Shown piece after piece: positions 45,305 to 56,185 of a stretch of DNA of 64,000 bases. The notes beneath the pieces were generated by a model, which did no database searches, was not told where the DNA came from, and saw nothing but the letters and a program-made list of their open reading frames with translations. The position numbers and the translations under genes are program-made. Position 1 is the stretch's first letter; each line of letters opens with the position of its first letter. Source of the stretch: Clostridia bacterium (lineage in GTDB: Bacteria; Bacillota; Clostridia; Christensenellales; UBA1242); the NCBI GenBank assembly GCA_900753315.1, contig CAADYP010000006.1, forward strand, positions 14,001 through 78,000. Reading direction: 5' to 3'.

Positions 45305-46918
45305 TTAAATTTCTGTTCTGCTTTTTCCACCAACAAACATTCTATCTTCTTCTTTTGAGATTTTCTTTTCAAAATCAGCATAAGCCTGAATAGATGCCAG
45401 TATGCTTTCTTCAAAAATCTCTTCTTTACAATTTCCGTTTTCAGCAGAAATGCCACTCGCTTTGACAATTTGATGTTTTCTTTCAAGCATATCATCAATG
45501 TATGGATATTTGCTTGTATAATACTTGCCAAGCCTTGTGCTGTCTTTTCCATCAACATAGTCAAGGTCATACAATTTGAAAAATGCTTTTGTTGTCACAC
45601 CCAAACGAGCAGCCTTAAAAATCAAACTGCGATAGCAATCTTTTGGAATATCCTTAAAGTTTAATTTTCCGTCTTTTTTATCTGCTATTGTTTCAAGATA
45701 ATGCATAACTGCGTCCACATCTTTCCCTACTTTTCCACTTGAATAAAGGTTGTTTCCGACACCCTCCAAATCAAGCAAAGTAAACAAATCTTCATAAGAT
45801 ATTTCTTCACCATAAGCAGATGCCATATAGCGTTTCATATGCATAATTCTGTTTTTCAATGTAGGTGCTTTTGTCGTAACTCCGTCAAGCGAACCATTGA
45901 TTTCAACATATTTTAAAATTTCATTGCGAAGAAGTGAGAAATAATCAGCAGACACGCAAACTTCTTTCAATTTTTCTTCACAAACAAGTTCGATAACAAG
46001 TGCTATAGGCAATTTGAGAGTTGTTGAAGCAGCATACACAAAGTCACTCAATTTTGCATCATCTCTATATGTGTCAACAAAGCCATTTTCATCACGATAT
46101 TGCGAAATTTTTTCGAGCTCCATAAATCTGAAATAGACATCTGAATAGTCTCTATATCCCAGATTTTTCATAACTTCTTCAAAACTGTAATCCACTCCGG
46201 TTGTGCGCATCAAACTGTCTCTATAATTGTGAACCCTGTTATAGAAAGGAAGATTTTTTCTAATAACATGGAAACTTCCACCATTGGCACGATATTCTTC
46301 AATATCATTCAACAAATCTTGTCTCAAATCTGACGAATGTCTTTGAGTTCTTTTAAAGCCTGCCGCCTCTATCTTCTCTTGCATTGTCAACATATGTCCG
46401 TCAGCACCCGAAACAATAGTCCCCCAAATATAGTTATACTCTGGGTCGCTTCTTTCAAGCATGCTTGCACTTTTACCAGTTCTCTCTTCAAAAGCGATGA
46501 GCATTTGTCTGATTTTTCCAATAACATCTGTTGTTTTCTTTGGTTGTCTTGGATGTCCAATAGCCACAAATTTTTCTTCCAAAGTCATAGGTCTTCCATC
46601 TACAGTGTAAATGGCAGAATTTTTCAAATACGAAAGTGCTCTATCATTTGATGTCAATTCATCAACAGTGTGTCCCTGTGCAATAAATTCATCAACATAT
46701 CTTTTTGCTTTTACAAGTGGATTTTCTGATTTTGGCGCTCTTTCATATCCCACAAGTGCAAATCTTTGTTGCATAGTTAAACTTGCACCATTTGCATCAT
46801 AAAGTTTCAAATTGTGCAAATATGCATATGGTTTATCTTTCTTTTTAAGTTCATCAACACTCTTTCCACTTTCTTTCAAAAAAGCATCAAAAGTGATTTT
46901 AAGTTTTGTATAATCCAT
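45305..46918 (-). CDS. Hypothetical protein with 3-4 N-terminal ~60-aa internal repeats
   Basis: Start set at ATG 46918 (MDYTKLKITF), preceded by AGGGGA; this removes the overlap with the upstream gene. The repeats share G(K/H)(S/T)v.eL..D...YL.n..Y..dG..lT.eeKF...G..R.pK. Confidence 0.7.
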   Translation of the reverse strand: MDYTKLKITFDAFLKESGKSVDELKKKDKPYAYLHNLKLYDANGASLTMQQRFALVGYERAPKSENPLVKAKRYVDEFIAQGHTVDELTSNDRALSYLKNSAIYTVDGRPMTLEEKFVAIGHPRQPKKTTDVIGKIRQMLIAFEERTGKSASMLERSDPEYNYIWGTIVSGADGHMLTMQEKIEAAGFKRTQRHSSDLRQDLLNDIEEYRANGGSFHVIRKNLPFYNRVHNYRDSLMRTTGVDYSFEEVMKNLGYRDYSDVYFRFMELEKISQYRDENGFVDTYRDDAKLSDFVYAASTTLKLPIALVIELVCEEKLKEVCVSADYFSLLRNEILKYVEINGSLDGVTTKAPTLKNRIMHMKRYMASAYGEEISYEDLFTLLDLEGVGNNLYSSGKVGKDVDAVMHYLETIADKKDGKLNFKDIPKDCYRSLIFKAARLGVTTKAFFKLYDLDYVDGKDSTRLGKYYTSKYPYIDDMLERKHQIVKASGISAENGNCKEEIFEESILASIQAYADFEKKISKEEDRMFVGGKSRTEI

Positions 46919-46946
46919 AATTATATTGTCCCCTAGCAAATAAAAT

Positions 46947-48119
46947 TTAGTTTTTCTCTTTTCTAGAAAGAACTCCGTCAAAATACTGTCTTCTTTCTTC
47001 AGCAATTTTTTGTTGTCTTTCAGGTGAAACCAAACAATTCATAATCTTTCTTTTATAATTTTCTCCTAAAAGAATTTTCCCTGCCTCATCAAGAGAACTT
47101 ATTTCACAACGACATCTCAAATAATTATCAAATTTTTGCATCGTCTCTTGTGGATTTTGTTTATATTCTTCAAACAATGTGAAAGCAATTGCTCTTCCCA
47201 CAACATAACGGAAGACATATGGTCCAATCAATTTTTGTCCATCGTCAGCGACATTTATCATTTTGCAAAGCAGCTCTTGTTCGTTCTTGTGTCCTTTGAT
47301 ATCTTTTGCAATATGTTTAAATTTTGATTTTGAAATTTCTCCACCAAGTCTATAAACCACTTCATTCTCTGTTATAAGTTCTTTGCAATCAGTTACAAAG
47401 CCATTATTTGTATAAAGCCAATATTGATTTATTTGATTTTGTGAAAATTTTTCATTTTTTTCAAGCCAATCTACAAAAACGGTTTCCATAAACAGACTTT
47501 CTATTTCCGCGAGGCTATCAACTTTAGGGTCTTCTCTTTTCTCTCTTGAAGATTGTGACAACAAGTGTCCAAACTCATGAGCAATAGTTGCCAAGCCGGA
47601 AAGGTTGTTTGCAGGATTAAGAGTCAATATCAACCCAGAGTCTTTTACCGAAACAAAATTATTACCACCTTTATCACCAAAAGGTTCATGTTCATTTACA
47701 AAAAATCTAGGGTCGCTTTTCAAACCTTCAAAATAACTAACCCAGTCATGCCTATTTATGTATTTTGCATCAATGTCACGATAAAAATCCATAACAATAG
47801 TTTTCATTTCATCAAGAGTCATATCCAAATATTTATATTGTGGAGATCTCGATATTCTTTCATCTCTGATTGCCGCCAAATAAGGAATATATGGAGAAAT
47901 AAAACGATGAAATTTCCCAAGCTTATTTCTAACATATCTTTTTCTAAATCTATTGACAAAATCATCATCAAAATCGATTTTTTCAATTGTGTATCTAGTT
48001 CTATCTAAATCTAATCTAACTCCATTGTTACACAATTTCAAAACTTCCTTCTTTTTCAAAATGCATTTTGTTCCATGAATTTTGGTATATTTATCAAAAA
48101 ACAAATCAAAAATTCCCAT
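46947..48119 (-). CDS. Zinc metallopeptidase, compact M3 (oligoendopeptidase)-like
   Basis: 390 aa. HEFGH, then AEIESLFME about 24 aa downstream (a candidate third-ligand Glu context, as in M3 peptidases). GAGGGG RBS. Confidence 0.6.
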   Translation of the reverse strand: MGIFDLFFDKYTKIHGTKCILKKKEVLKLCNNGVRLDLDRTRYTIEKIDFDDDFVNRFRKRYVRNKLGKFHRFISPYIPYLAAIRDERISRSPQYKYLDMTLDEMKTIVMDFYRDIDAKYINRHDWVSYFEGLKSDPRFFVNEHEPFGDKGGNNFVSVKDSGLILTLNPANNLSGLATIAHEFGHLLSQSSREKREDPKVDSLAEIESLFMETVFVDWLEKNEKFSQNQINQYWLYTNNGFVTDCKELITENEVVYRLGGEISKSKFKHIAKDIKGHKNEQELLCKMINVADDGQKLIGPYVFRYVVGRAIAFTLFEEYKQNPQETMQKFDNYLRCRCEISSLDEAGKILLGENYKRKIMNCLVSPERQQKIAEERRQYFDGVLSRKEKN

Positions 48120-48256
48120 GTTTCCCCTCTTTATAATATTATTTTAACATATTTGGTGATGTTTTTCAATAGAAAACAAAAAACAGGCACTTTTGTTTAT
48201 AAAATTATCAGATTTATAAGAAAAAAATCCAAACCAAATTGGTCTGGATAAAATTT

Positions 48257-48342
48257 TGGTGCCGAAGGAGGGGGTCGAACCCTCATGAAGTTGCCCTCGC
48301 GGGATTTTGAGTCCCGTGCGTCTGCCATTCCGCCACTTCGGC
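48257..48342 (-). tRNA. tRNA-Leu (anticodon CAA), encoded CCA
   Basis: The reverse complement reads GCCGAAGTGGCGGAATGGCAGACGCACGGGACTCAAAATCCCGCGAGGGCAACTTCATGAGGGTTCGACCCCCTCCTTCGGCACCA, with a long variable arm. Confidence 0.9.
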
Positions 48343-48361
48343 AAATTAGTTAAACGGCTAT

Positions 48362-48390
48362 ATTTTAGCATAAATATCACCGTTTGACAA
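48362..48390 (-). promoter_or_regulatory. Promoter for tRNA-Leu(CAA)
   Basis: Minus strand: TTGTCA, 17 nt spacer, TAAAAT, about 19 nt upstream of the tRNA 5' end. Confidence 0.45.
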
Positions 48391-48512
48391 GCATTTTTCT
48401 TATATTTTTCAAAAAGTATTACAAAAAGTCGGTTACTTATCTATTTAACAATTTGATTAAAAGATGATTCTGATAAATAATTGCATATTACTTGCTTTCT
48501 TCAATCAGCTCT

Positions 48513-48683
48513 TCAATAGTTTTCCCATCGACCTATTGCCATGTAATAAGCATTCAAAAACCCACAAGCAAAAGTAATAAAGCCAAAAAAATAATCATTG
48601 AAAATGACGGCAAAAATTACCGATATCAAAACTATTAATATCGGTATAATATACAATTGCAAAATTTTTTGTTTTTTTGTCAT
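48513..48683 (-). CDS. 56-codon membrane ORF, possibly a 5' fragment of a PnuC-like transporter gene
   Basis: Below the ORF-track cutoff. It reads MTKKQKILQLYIIPILIVLISVIFAVIFNDYFFGFITFACGFLNAYYMAIGRWENY-stop and has no clear RBS. Confidence 0.3.
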   Translation of the reverse strand: MTKKQKILQLYIIPILIVLISVIFAVIFNDYFFGFITFACGFLNAYYMAIGRWENY

Positions 48684-48694
48684 TTTAAATAAAA

Positions 48695-49825
48695 TTATCC
48701 TTTGTTTGAAATCAACGCTTTTGTCAAACGGAATATGTCTGTATTGTCAATTTTTGATTTTATCACTTTTGACACATCGATTTCATCTGTGTTTATAGAA
48801 ATATAATAAGGAACATCTTTTGCGGTGTGCCCACTTGTAGAATACATAGAATTTCTTATCTTGTCTTTGCTTTGCCCACTATAATTCAACCCACCCGTTT
48901 CGTGATCGGCAGTGACAATTACCGCTGTGCCAGTTTGTCCAGCAAGTTTGTTTGAAACAACTTTTATACTTTCGTCAAAACTATTCAAATAATCCATCAT
49001 TTCAAAAATTTTGTTGCTGTGACTTCTCTTATCAATATGTGCTCCCTCAATCATCAAAAAATAGCCATTCTCAAAATTTTGTTCCATATAAGATATTGCA
49101 TAAGTTGAAAGCATCTCAAGAGTTGGGGTTGCATTTGTCCCATCTTTTGACACTACACTATCAAAGACTCCAAACACTTTTTGAGAAGTCTCTGCCAGGG
49201 CAGAATACTCTGAAACATATGTATATCCTTTATTTTCAAATTGAATTTGAAATTCATTATATTTTGTTAGTCCCGCACCAAGAAATAAGTCAATATTGCT
49301 GTTCAATTGTCCTTGAATAATATCATCTTTGTCGCCTCTGTCACTTGCATGAGAAGAAAAAGAAGCAGGTGTTGCACCATACAACGAATCAGTCGTCACA
49401 ACACCAACTCCAAGTCCAATACTTTTTGCATATTCACTTATTGTTTGAATATCTTTGCCAGCATGACGAGAGACTTCCCCATTATCATACTTTTTCCCAG
49501 TTGCCAAAGCACTCGCCGCTGCAGCACTATCTGTTGGTCCAAGCATATTGTTTGAGAATGTTGATACTTTGCCATGCAGATTCAGGCTTGTCATATACAT
49601 TTCCTTATCAAAATATGTTGAAGAAACTTTGATATGGTTTTCACCCATTCCATCCCCAATAAACAACACGGTTTTCTTTGCTTCTCCAACAAGCTTTGAA
49701 TAATCTGATTGGTTTAACATGCCGTTTCTATAAATCGCAATTCCAACAAAATATCCAGCAACAGTAAATATTAAAAAAGCGAAAATACTCAAAATGGATA
49801 AGAATATTTTATTTTTCTTTTGCAT
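48695..49825 (-). CDS. Alkaline phosphatase (PhoA family), membrane-anchored
   Basis: N-terminal anchor, then VLFIGDGMG..TDSAAAASALATGKK..TADHETGG motifs. Confidence 0.9.
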   Translation of the reverse strand: MQKKNKIFLSILSIFAFLIFTVAGYFVGIAIYRNGMLNQSDYSKLVGEAKKTVLFIGDGMGENHIKVSSTYFDKEMYMTSLNLHGKVSTFSNNMLGPTDSAAAASALATGKKYDNGEVSRHAGKDIQTISEYAKSIGLGVGVVTTDSLYGATPASFSSHASDRGDKDDIIQGQLNSNIDLFLGAGLTKYNEFQIQFENKGYTYVSEYSALAETSQKVFGVFDSVVSKDGTNATPTLEMLSTYAISYMEQNFENGYFLMIEGAHIDKRSHSNKIFEMMDYLNSFDESIKVVSNKLAGQTGTAVIVTADHETGGLNYSGQSKDKIRNSMYSTSGHTAKDVPYYISINTDEIDVSKVIKSKIDNTDIFRLTKALISNKG

Positions 49826-49851
49826 TTTCCCAAACCCCTTTTACTGATAAA

Positions 49852-51375
49852 TTATTTCAACGAACTCGCCAACACGACAATAGGATTGTCAACTCCTTTC
49901 TTTTGTTCAAAACTGTTGTCTAATGCGACATTTATTGAAGAGTTTATCATATCACTAACATATTTTTCTTGTTGTTTCTCATTAAGCCCAAATGCCTCTC
50001 CAAGATTATATAACGCATTAATAATGCAGTTTGGAGAAATCGTGCTAGCATATTCTTTTGTCATTCTAAAATTAAATCTCAAATTGTCGCTTTCTTTTGT
50101 GAAATTGTCCATATTTTGTTTGGCAATTTGTTTTGATTCATTGTCTTTTATCACAAATTTTCTTGCAATTCTCTTATTTGGCTTAAATTGTTCTGCCTTT
50201 CTATGCAAAAACTGAACGACCTCATCATCAGTAAATCCATAGTCTTCCATCATATATTTGATAAGTTTTTGTGTCTTTTCAAGCATCCTGTCAGATGAAT
50301 AATCATCTATCATGATTTCAGAATACATATCTTCACAGAAGCGGTTGATTTGTTTCAATTCCTCTTTTCCTATTGGCACTCTAATTGTCCCTGTTTGACA
50401 TCGCGTTTGGTCAATTTGGTCAATAATGATATCATCAAAAATTCTAACAAAGAAATCTTGTCTACCTGCCAAAATTTTTAATGCTCTTTCTTCCAGAGCT
50501 TTGTTTACGACATTAACATTGTCACTGATTTGTTTCAACTCTTTCTTAAACAAAATATCTCTAAGACTTGCATCAATAGTTTGGACATAAATAGAACTGT
50601 TATAAAGCCTTTCAATGTCAGAATATTTCATACAAGAATACAAAATTGATGTCTCTTGTGTTGATTCCTTTCTGCAATCCCAACAAGAATCTGCATAATA
50701 AATCCCACAAATGCCATATTTAGGGTCATTTATCCAAACGCTGTTGTTTGCATGGTATCCAATTGTTCCATCTCCGTGTCTAATTTCAACATATTGAACA
50801 GCACAAGGGATATCAAGTCTCGTGCACAATTCCTTTAAAATTCTGGCAAATCCGACACAAACGATTTTGTCTCCCGTCAAAACAGGAATAATATTTCTTG
50901 ATTGGTCAGGAGATTTTTTATTGTCTTTATAGAAAAAGTCAGTTGCATATTGATAAGCAAACAAATATTTTTCAAATGGTGACAATTCTCTGCCCTTTAT
51001 TCTTGCGTCTTTTATGGATTTAACCCAACCATTAAGTTTTCTGCTGGCTTCAACACCACTTTCAACAGAATACCCGCCTTCAAAAATCAAATTTTTGTTG
51101 TGTTTTTGTCTCATCATGTTGACATTTTCTATCAAGATTTTAGTTTCTCTTTCGTCATACAATTCTTGTGTCTTTGCATCTGTATTTGCAATAGTAAATG
51201 TAGCATTAGGCAAATTTTTGCACATATATTCCAAAAATTCTCTATCAAGTGCAACTTCTCTGGTCATACAAAAATTATACACATGATTCAAGACATCATG
51301 TGTGGCACAAAACTCTTCGAGTTCTTCTAGTGTGGCATTTTTTATCAAAACCCTATTGTCAAGATCACAAACCAT
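49852..51375 (-). CDS. Transglutaminase-like (papain-fold Cys-His-Asp) domain protein, cytoplasmic
   Basis: 507 aa. CVGFARILKELCTRLDIPC..GYHANNSVWI..YYADSCWD fits the transglutaminase-core C/H/D spacing. No signal peptide. Confidence 0.6.
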   Translation of the reverse strand: MVCDLDNRVLIKNATLEELEEFCATHDVLNHVYNFCMTREVALDREFLEYMCKNLPNATFTIANTDAKTQELYDERETKILIENVNMMRQKHNKNLIFEGGYSVESGVEASRKLNGWVKSIKDARIKGRELSPFEKYLFAYQYATDFFYKDNKKSPDQSRNIIPVLTGDKIVCVGFARILKELCTRLDIPCAVQYVEIRHGDGTIGYHANNSVWINDPKYGICGIYYADSCWDCRKESTQETSILYSCMKYSDIERLYNSSIYVQTIDASLRDILFKKELKQISDNVNVVNKALEERALKILAGRQDFFVRIFDDIIIDQIDQTRCQTGTIRVPIGKEELKQINRFCEDMYSEIMIDDYSSDRMLEKTQKLIKYMMEDYGFTDDEVVQFLHRKAEQFKPNKRIARKFVIKDNESKQIAKQNMDNFTKESDNLRFNFRMTKEYASTISPNCIINALYNLGEAFGLNEKQQEKYVSDMINSSINVALDNSFEQKKGVDNPIVVLASSLK

Positions 51376-51411
51376 AACTTCTTCCTTTATTTAAGAATAT
51401 CACAAAATTAT

Positions 51412-52362
51412 TTAAAAGTGCAAATCGTTTACATCATTTTTATCAACATCAACTGTTGCTTTTTCTGCATCAGTTCTCTTTTCTTCTTTCTTTTCAAATG
51501 AAGAGAACTCATCAACCAAATCTCTATCCAAAAGTGGTGTGTTGGCAATTTCAATAAGAGCATTAAATGCTTTCTTTTGTGCCCCTTTAGATGTGCTTGT
51601 CATTGCTATGCTGTTGAAAGCGAAACTATCAACCACTGCCTCACATTCCATATTTCTGTAAGCTTTAAGTGCGGATTTCATAAATGAATAAATTTTTTCT
51701 CGTCCAACAAAACTGCCGGCTTCTTTTGTAACAAAATTTTCTTTTGTCATCAAATAATAGTCAGGTTCTTTTGAAAATTCCAAGAAAATACTTGCATCGA
51801 GCATATCAAACTCTTTGAGAAAGCGTCTATAATATCCAACCTGCGCCCCCATAATTGCCTTTGCATAATCAGTGTTTTTAAAATTTGTAAAAAGCCATTT
51901 ATAATTGTTGTATGCCTCGGCAAGTTGTCCTTTTTGGTATTTATATTTGCTGAAAAATCCAGACATGGTTCTATAAACATCTTTGGTGTGTTTGTTTGCA
52001 ATTACCAACTCTTGCATAAGCTCAGCAATACAAGTAATATTTTCTCTGCCAAAGACCATTATGTTGTCATTTGAATGGAGTGCTGCAATAACTTCCCATT
52101 CTTCTGGGGTTTTTGCATCATCTCTCTTTTCTATTTCAGTTGCAAGAGCAACCATTTCTTTATCTCTTTCAATTGGTTTTTTAGCAAACAAATAAGCAGA
52201 CAGTGCATGCAACTGTCCTTTTTTTGCAAGTTTTTTCATTGCTTCTTCGATTTCTTCAAAATCTCCTGTCACCAAATATCTTGCATAAAGCACAGCATAA
52301 TCATGTAAACTGCTTTCATTTTTGATAAATTTGTTGTCAAGTCTCAACAAAATTTCACTCAT
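51412..52362 (-). CDS. Hypothetical all-alpha protein (weak Sel1/TPR-like hints)
   Basis: Start set at ATG 52362 (MSEILLRL), preceded by GAGGAG. 316 aa. Confidence 0.65.
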   Translation of the reverse strand: MSEILLRLDNKFIKNESSLHDYAVLYARYLVTGDFEEIEEAMKKLAKKGQLHALSAYLFAKKPIERDKEMVALATEIEKRDDAKTPEEWEVIAALHSNDNIMVFGRENITCIAELMQELVIANKHTKDVYRTMSGFFSKYKYQKGQLAEAYNNYKWLFTNFKNTDYAKAIMGAQVGYYRRFLKEFDMLDASIFLEFSKEPDYYLMTKENFVTKEAGSFVGREKIYSFMKSALKAYRNMECEAVVDSFAFNSIAMTSTSKGAQKKAFNALIEIANTPLLDRDLVDEFSSFEKKEEKRTDAEKATVDVDKNDVNDLHF

Positions 52363-52562
52363 AAAACTCCTCACTTTTCTATAATATAATTTTATCATAT
52401 TGTTTTTTCAATTTCAATACCCTATTTATGTTTTAATTTTTGATTATTCACACCAAAAAACACAACAAAAATTTTCATTGGGAGATTTTGCATCAAAAGA
52501 TGTTTCCGTCCTTAAATGCAAAATTTTATCCCAAAAACAAAACTCAAAGGCAAAAACAGTCA

Positions 52563-52592
52563 AACAAAAAAGACCTCCAAATTGGAAGTCTT
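52563..52592 (-). terminator. Terminator after rpoC
   Basis: Minus strand: AAGACTTCCA-ATT-TGGAGGTCTT followed by TTTTGTTTG. Confidence 0.7.
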
Positions 52593-52606
52593 TTATTTTA
52601 TAGATT

Positions 52607-55600
52607 TTAGCCAACAACTGTTTCGTCTGTTTCAACTTTAACAGGAACAACTGTTCTATATTTTTTAAGTCCAGAACCAGCAGGGATAAGTTTTCCGATG
52701 ATAACATTCTCCTTTACACCCAAAAGGTTATCGACCTTACCTTTAATAGCAGCATCTGTCAAAACTCTTGATGTTTCTTGGAATGATGATGCAGAAAGGA
52801 ATGATTCAGTAGAAAGTGAAGCCTTTGTAATACCAAGAAGTATTCTTCTTGCGATTGCAGGTCTTCCACCAGCCTTCAACACTCTTTCGTTTTCTTCTTC
52901 ACAACGAGAAATGTCAACAACTTCACCAGAAAGAAGATTTGTATCTCCAGAATCTTCAATCTTAACTTTCTTAAGCATCTGTCTAATGATAATTTCAACG
53001 TGTTTGTCGTTAACCTTAACATCTTGGCTACGATAAACAGAGATAACTTCTGAAAGCAAATATTGTTGAAGTCCCTTAAGACCTTTTGTAACAAGCAAGT
53101 CAGCTGGATTGATTGCACCAGCAGTAAGTTGTGTTCCAGGTTCAACAGATTGACCGTTCTTAACTTGCAATACAGCAGGCTTTCTTACTTCGTAGTCAAT
53201 GTCGCCTTCGCCAGTAACGATAGAAATATAATAGTTTTTAGCATCTTCAGAGATTTTAACCTTACCAGAAACCTCTGACAACAAACATTCACCCTTTGGT
53301 CTTCTTGCTTCAAAGATTTCTTCAACTCTAGGAAGACCTTGTGTAATATCGGCAGCAACCGCAGCACCACCAGTGTGGAAGGTTCTCATAGTAAGCTGTG
53401 TTCCAGGTTCACCAATTGATTGAGCAGCAATAATACCAACTGCTTCACCAAGAGTAACCATCTCTTTCCCTGCCAAGCTTCTTCCATAACATTTTGCACA
53501 AACGCCATGTTTGCAACGGCAAGTAATAAGTGAACGAATTTGAACTTCTTTAATTCCAGCCTTAACAATTCTTGAAGCTTGTTCTTTTGAAATCATTGTA
53601 TTTGCAGGAACAATAACTTCTTTTGTTTTAGGGTCAACGACATCATCAACGGCGACTCTTCCGTAAATTCTTTCGTCCAAACCTTCTTGAACAACTCCGT
53701 CTTTTACGAGGTCAGTAACTACAACGCCCTTAACTTTTTCGCCTGTTTCAGCAAAGCAGTCTTCAGTTGTGATAACGACATCTTGCGCGATATCAACAAG
53801 TCTTCTTGTCAAATAACCAGAGTCAGCTGTCTTCAAGGCAGTATCTGACAAACCTTTACGAGAACCACGAGAGTTGATGAAGTATTCGATTGGAGTAAGT
53901 CCTTGTTTAAATGATGACTTAATAGGTGTATCGTTCTTAACACCAGATGCAGTAGCTTTAATACCAATCATACCGCAGTCTTGGTTAAGCTGTGTGTTGT
54001 TACCACGAGCACCAGAAAGCACCATCAAACTAAATGGATTGAATGTATCCAAATCTTTTACAACGGCATTTTGAACATGTTGAACGGCATCGTTCCAAAT
54101 GTTAACGTTTTCACTAACCTTTTCATCAAGTGTGATAAGTCCACGACGAAGCAATTTTTCATTTTCCAAAACTTTTGCTTCAGCTTCCTTCAAGATTTCT
54201 GCTTTTTCTTTTGGTTCTACGATATCGTAGATGTTTACAGAAATTGAAGCAAGTGTAGAATATTTATAGCCAATATCTTTAAGTCTATCAACGAGTTTAG
54301 AACATTCTGTTGTGCCAAACTTGTCATAGCAGTCAGCAACAATCTTCTTCAATTCTTTCTTCATAACTGGTTTGTTGATTTCAAGGTCACAGATGTTTTC
54401 TGGATTGCTTCTATCAACATATCCCAAATTTTGAGGAATGATGTTGTTAAACAAAATTCTACCGACAGATGTTGTAATTCTCTTTGTATATGTTTTTCCG
54501 TCAACTTCTTTTGAAAGTCTAACAGTAATTTCTGCTTGCAAATCCAAGTTTTGTGTTTGGTAAGCATAGATTACTTCATTTTTAGATGCAAAGATTGAGC
54601 CTTCGCCCTTTGCGCCTGGTTTAATCAATGTCAAATAATAGCATCCCAAAACGACGTCTTGTGCTGGTGTAACGATAGGTTCACCATCAGACAATTTCAA
54701 GATGTTGTTTGAAGCGAGCATCAATGTTCTTGCTTCAGTTCTTGCATCAATAGAAAGTGGAATATGGACAGGCATTTGGTCACCATCGAAGTCAGCGTTG
54801 AACGCAGCACAAACAGATGGGTGAAGTTTAATAGCCTTTCCTTCAACAAGGACAGGTTCAAATGCTTGAACAGAAAGTCTGTGAAGTGTAGGAGCACGGT
54901 TCAACAAAACTGGGTGATCCTTAATAACATCAGCCAAAACGTCCCAAACGATTGGTTTTTCTCTTTCAATCATACGTTTTGCACTCTTGATGTTGTTTGA
55001 TTGGTTCAAATCAATAAGTCTGTTGATAATAAATGGTTTAAAAAGTTCAAGAGCCATCTCTTTTGGAAGACCGCATTGATACATTTTAAGTTCTGGTCCA
55101 ACGACAATAACAGAACGTCCAGAATAGTCAACACGTTTTCCAAGCAAGTTTTGTCTAAAACGACCTTGTTTACCGCCGAGCATAGCAGTAAGTGACTTCA
55201 AATCTCTTTGTTTAGAACCTTGAACAGGTTTTCCACGCTTACCATTGTCAATCAAGTTGTCAACAGCTTCTTGAAGCATTCTCTTTTCGTTTCTGATGAT
55301 AACATCAGGTGCTCCAAGTTCCATAAGTTTTTTCAAACGATTGTTTCTGTTGATAACACGACGATACAAATCGTTCAAATCGCTTGTAGCATATCTTCCG
55401 CCATCCAATGGAACCATAGGTCTCAAATCTGGTGGAATAACTGGAATAACATCCAAAACCATCCATGTAGGATTGTTTCCGCTCTTTCTAAATGACTCAA
55501 CAACATCCAATTTCTTGGCAGCCTTAATTTTTCTTTGTCCTTTAGAATTTTTGATTTCTTCTTTAAGTTCGCCACTTTCTTTGTCAAGATTTACTTCGCC

Positions 55601-56140
55601 CAAAAGTTTTTTGATTGCTTCTGCGCCCATTCCTGCTTCGAAACTGCCATAACCATATTTTTCAACAGCGTCACGATATTCTTTATCGTTGAGGATTTGC
55701 TTGTATTCCAAATCAGTATTTTTAGGGTCTGTAACAATATAATTGATATAATAAACTACTTGTTCCAAAGTTTTTGGAGTCAAGTCAAGCAAAGTTCCAA
55801 TTCTTGAAGGAACAGATCTAAAATACCAAAGGTGTGTACATGGAGCAGCAAGTTCGATGTGACCCATTCTTTCACGTCTTACCTTGCTTCTAGTAACTTC
55901 AACCCCACACTTATCACAGACAACACCACGATAACGGATTCTCTTATATTTTCCGCAATGGCATTCCCAGTCCTTTTTAGGTCCAAAAATCTTTTCACAG
56001 AAAAGTCCGTCTTTTTCAGGTTTTTGAGTTCTGTAATTGATAGTTTCTGGTTTTGTTACTTCACCATGAGACCATTCTCTGATTTTTTCAGGTGATGCAA
56101 TTCCTATTTTAATTTTTTCAAAGTTATTAAGTTCAAACAT
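52607..56140 (-). CDS. rpoC: DNA-directed RNA polymerase subunit beta'
   Basis: 1177 aa. Zn-finger [23 protein letters not shown], catalytic NADFDGDQM. Confidence 0.97.
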   Translation of the reverse strand: MFELNNFEKIKIGIASPEKIREWSHGEVTKPETINYRTQKPEKDGLFCEKIFGPKKDWECHCGKYKRIRYRGVVCDKCGVEVTRSKVRRERMGHIELAAPCTHLWYFRSVPSRIGTLLDLTPKTLEQVVYYINYIVTDPKNTDLEYKQILNDKEYRDAVEKYGYGSFEAGMGAEAIKKLLGEVNLDKESGELKEEIKNSKGQRKIKAAKKLDVVESFRKSGNNPTWMVLDVIPVIPPDLRPMVPLDGGRYATSDLNDLYRRVINRNNRLKKLMELGAPDVIIRNEKRMLQEAVDNLIDNGKRGKPVQGSKQRDLKSLTAMLGGKQGRFRQNLLGKRVDYSGRSVIVVGPELKMYQCGLPKEMALELFKPFIINRLIDLNQSNNIKSAKRMIEREKPIVWDVLADVIKDHPVLLNRAPTLHRLSVQAFEPVLVEGKAIKLHPSVCAAFNADFDGDQMPVHIPLSIDARTEARTLMLASNNILKLSDGEPIVTPAQDVVLGCYYLTLIKPGAKGEGSIFASKNEVIYAYQTQNLDLQAEITVRLSKEVDGKTYTKRITTSVGRILFNNIIPQNLGYVDRSNPENICDLEINKPVMKKELKKIVADCYDKFGTTECSKLVDRLKDIGYKYSTLASISVNIYDIVEPKEKAEILKEAEAKVLENEKLLRRGLITLDEKVSENVNIWNDAVQHVQNAVVKDLDTFNPFSLMVLSGARGNNTQLNQDCGMIGIKATASGVKNDTPIKSSFKQGLTPIEYFINSRGSRKGLSDTALKTADSGYLTRRLVDIAQDVVITTEDCFAETGEKVKGVVVTDLVKDGVVQEGLDERIYGRVAVDDVVDPKTKEVIVPANTMISKEQASRIVKAGIKEVQIRSLITCRCKHGVCAKCYGRSLAGKEMVTLGEAVGIIAAQSIGEPGTQLTMRTFHTGGAAVAADITQGLPRVEEIFEARRPKGECLLSEVSGKVKISEDAKNYYISIVTGEGDIDYEVRKPAVLQVKNGQSVEPGTQLTAGAINPADLLVTKGLKGLQQYLLSEVISVYRSQDVKVNDKHVEIIIRQMLKKVKIEDSGDTNLLSGEVVDISRCEEENERVLKAGGRPAIARRILLGITKASLSTESFLSASSFQETSRVLTDAAIKGKVDNLLGVKENVIIGKLIPAGSGLKKYRTVVPVKVETDETVVG

Positions 56141-56185
56141 ATTGTATTCCCCTTAATTTTTTACATGAACATATGTTCACATTTT

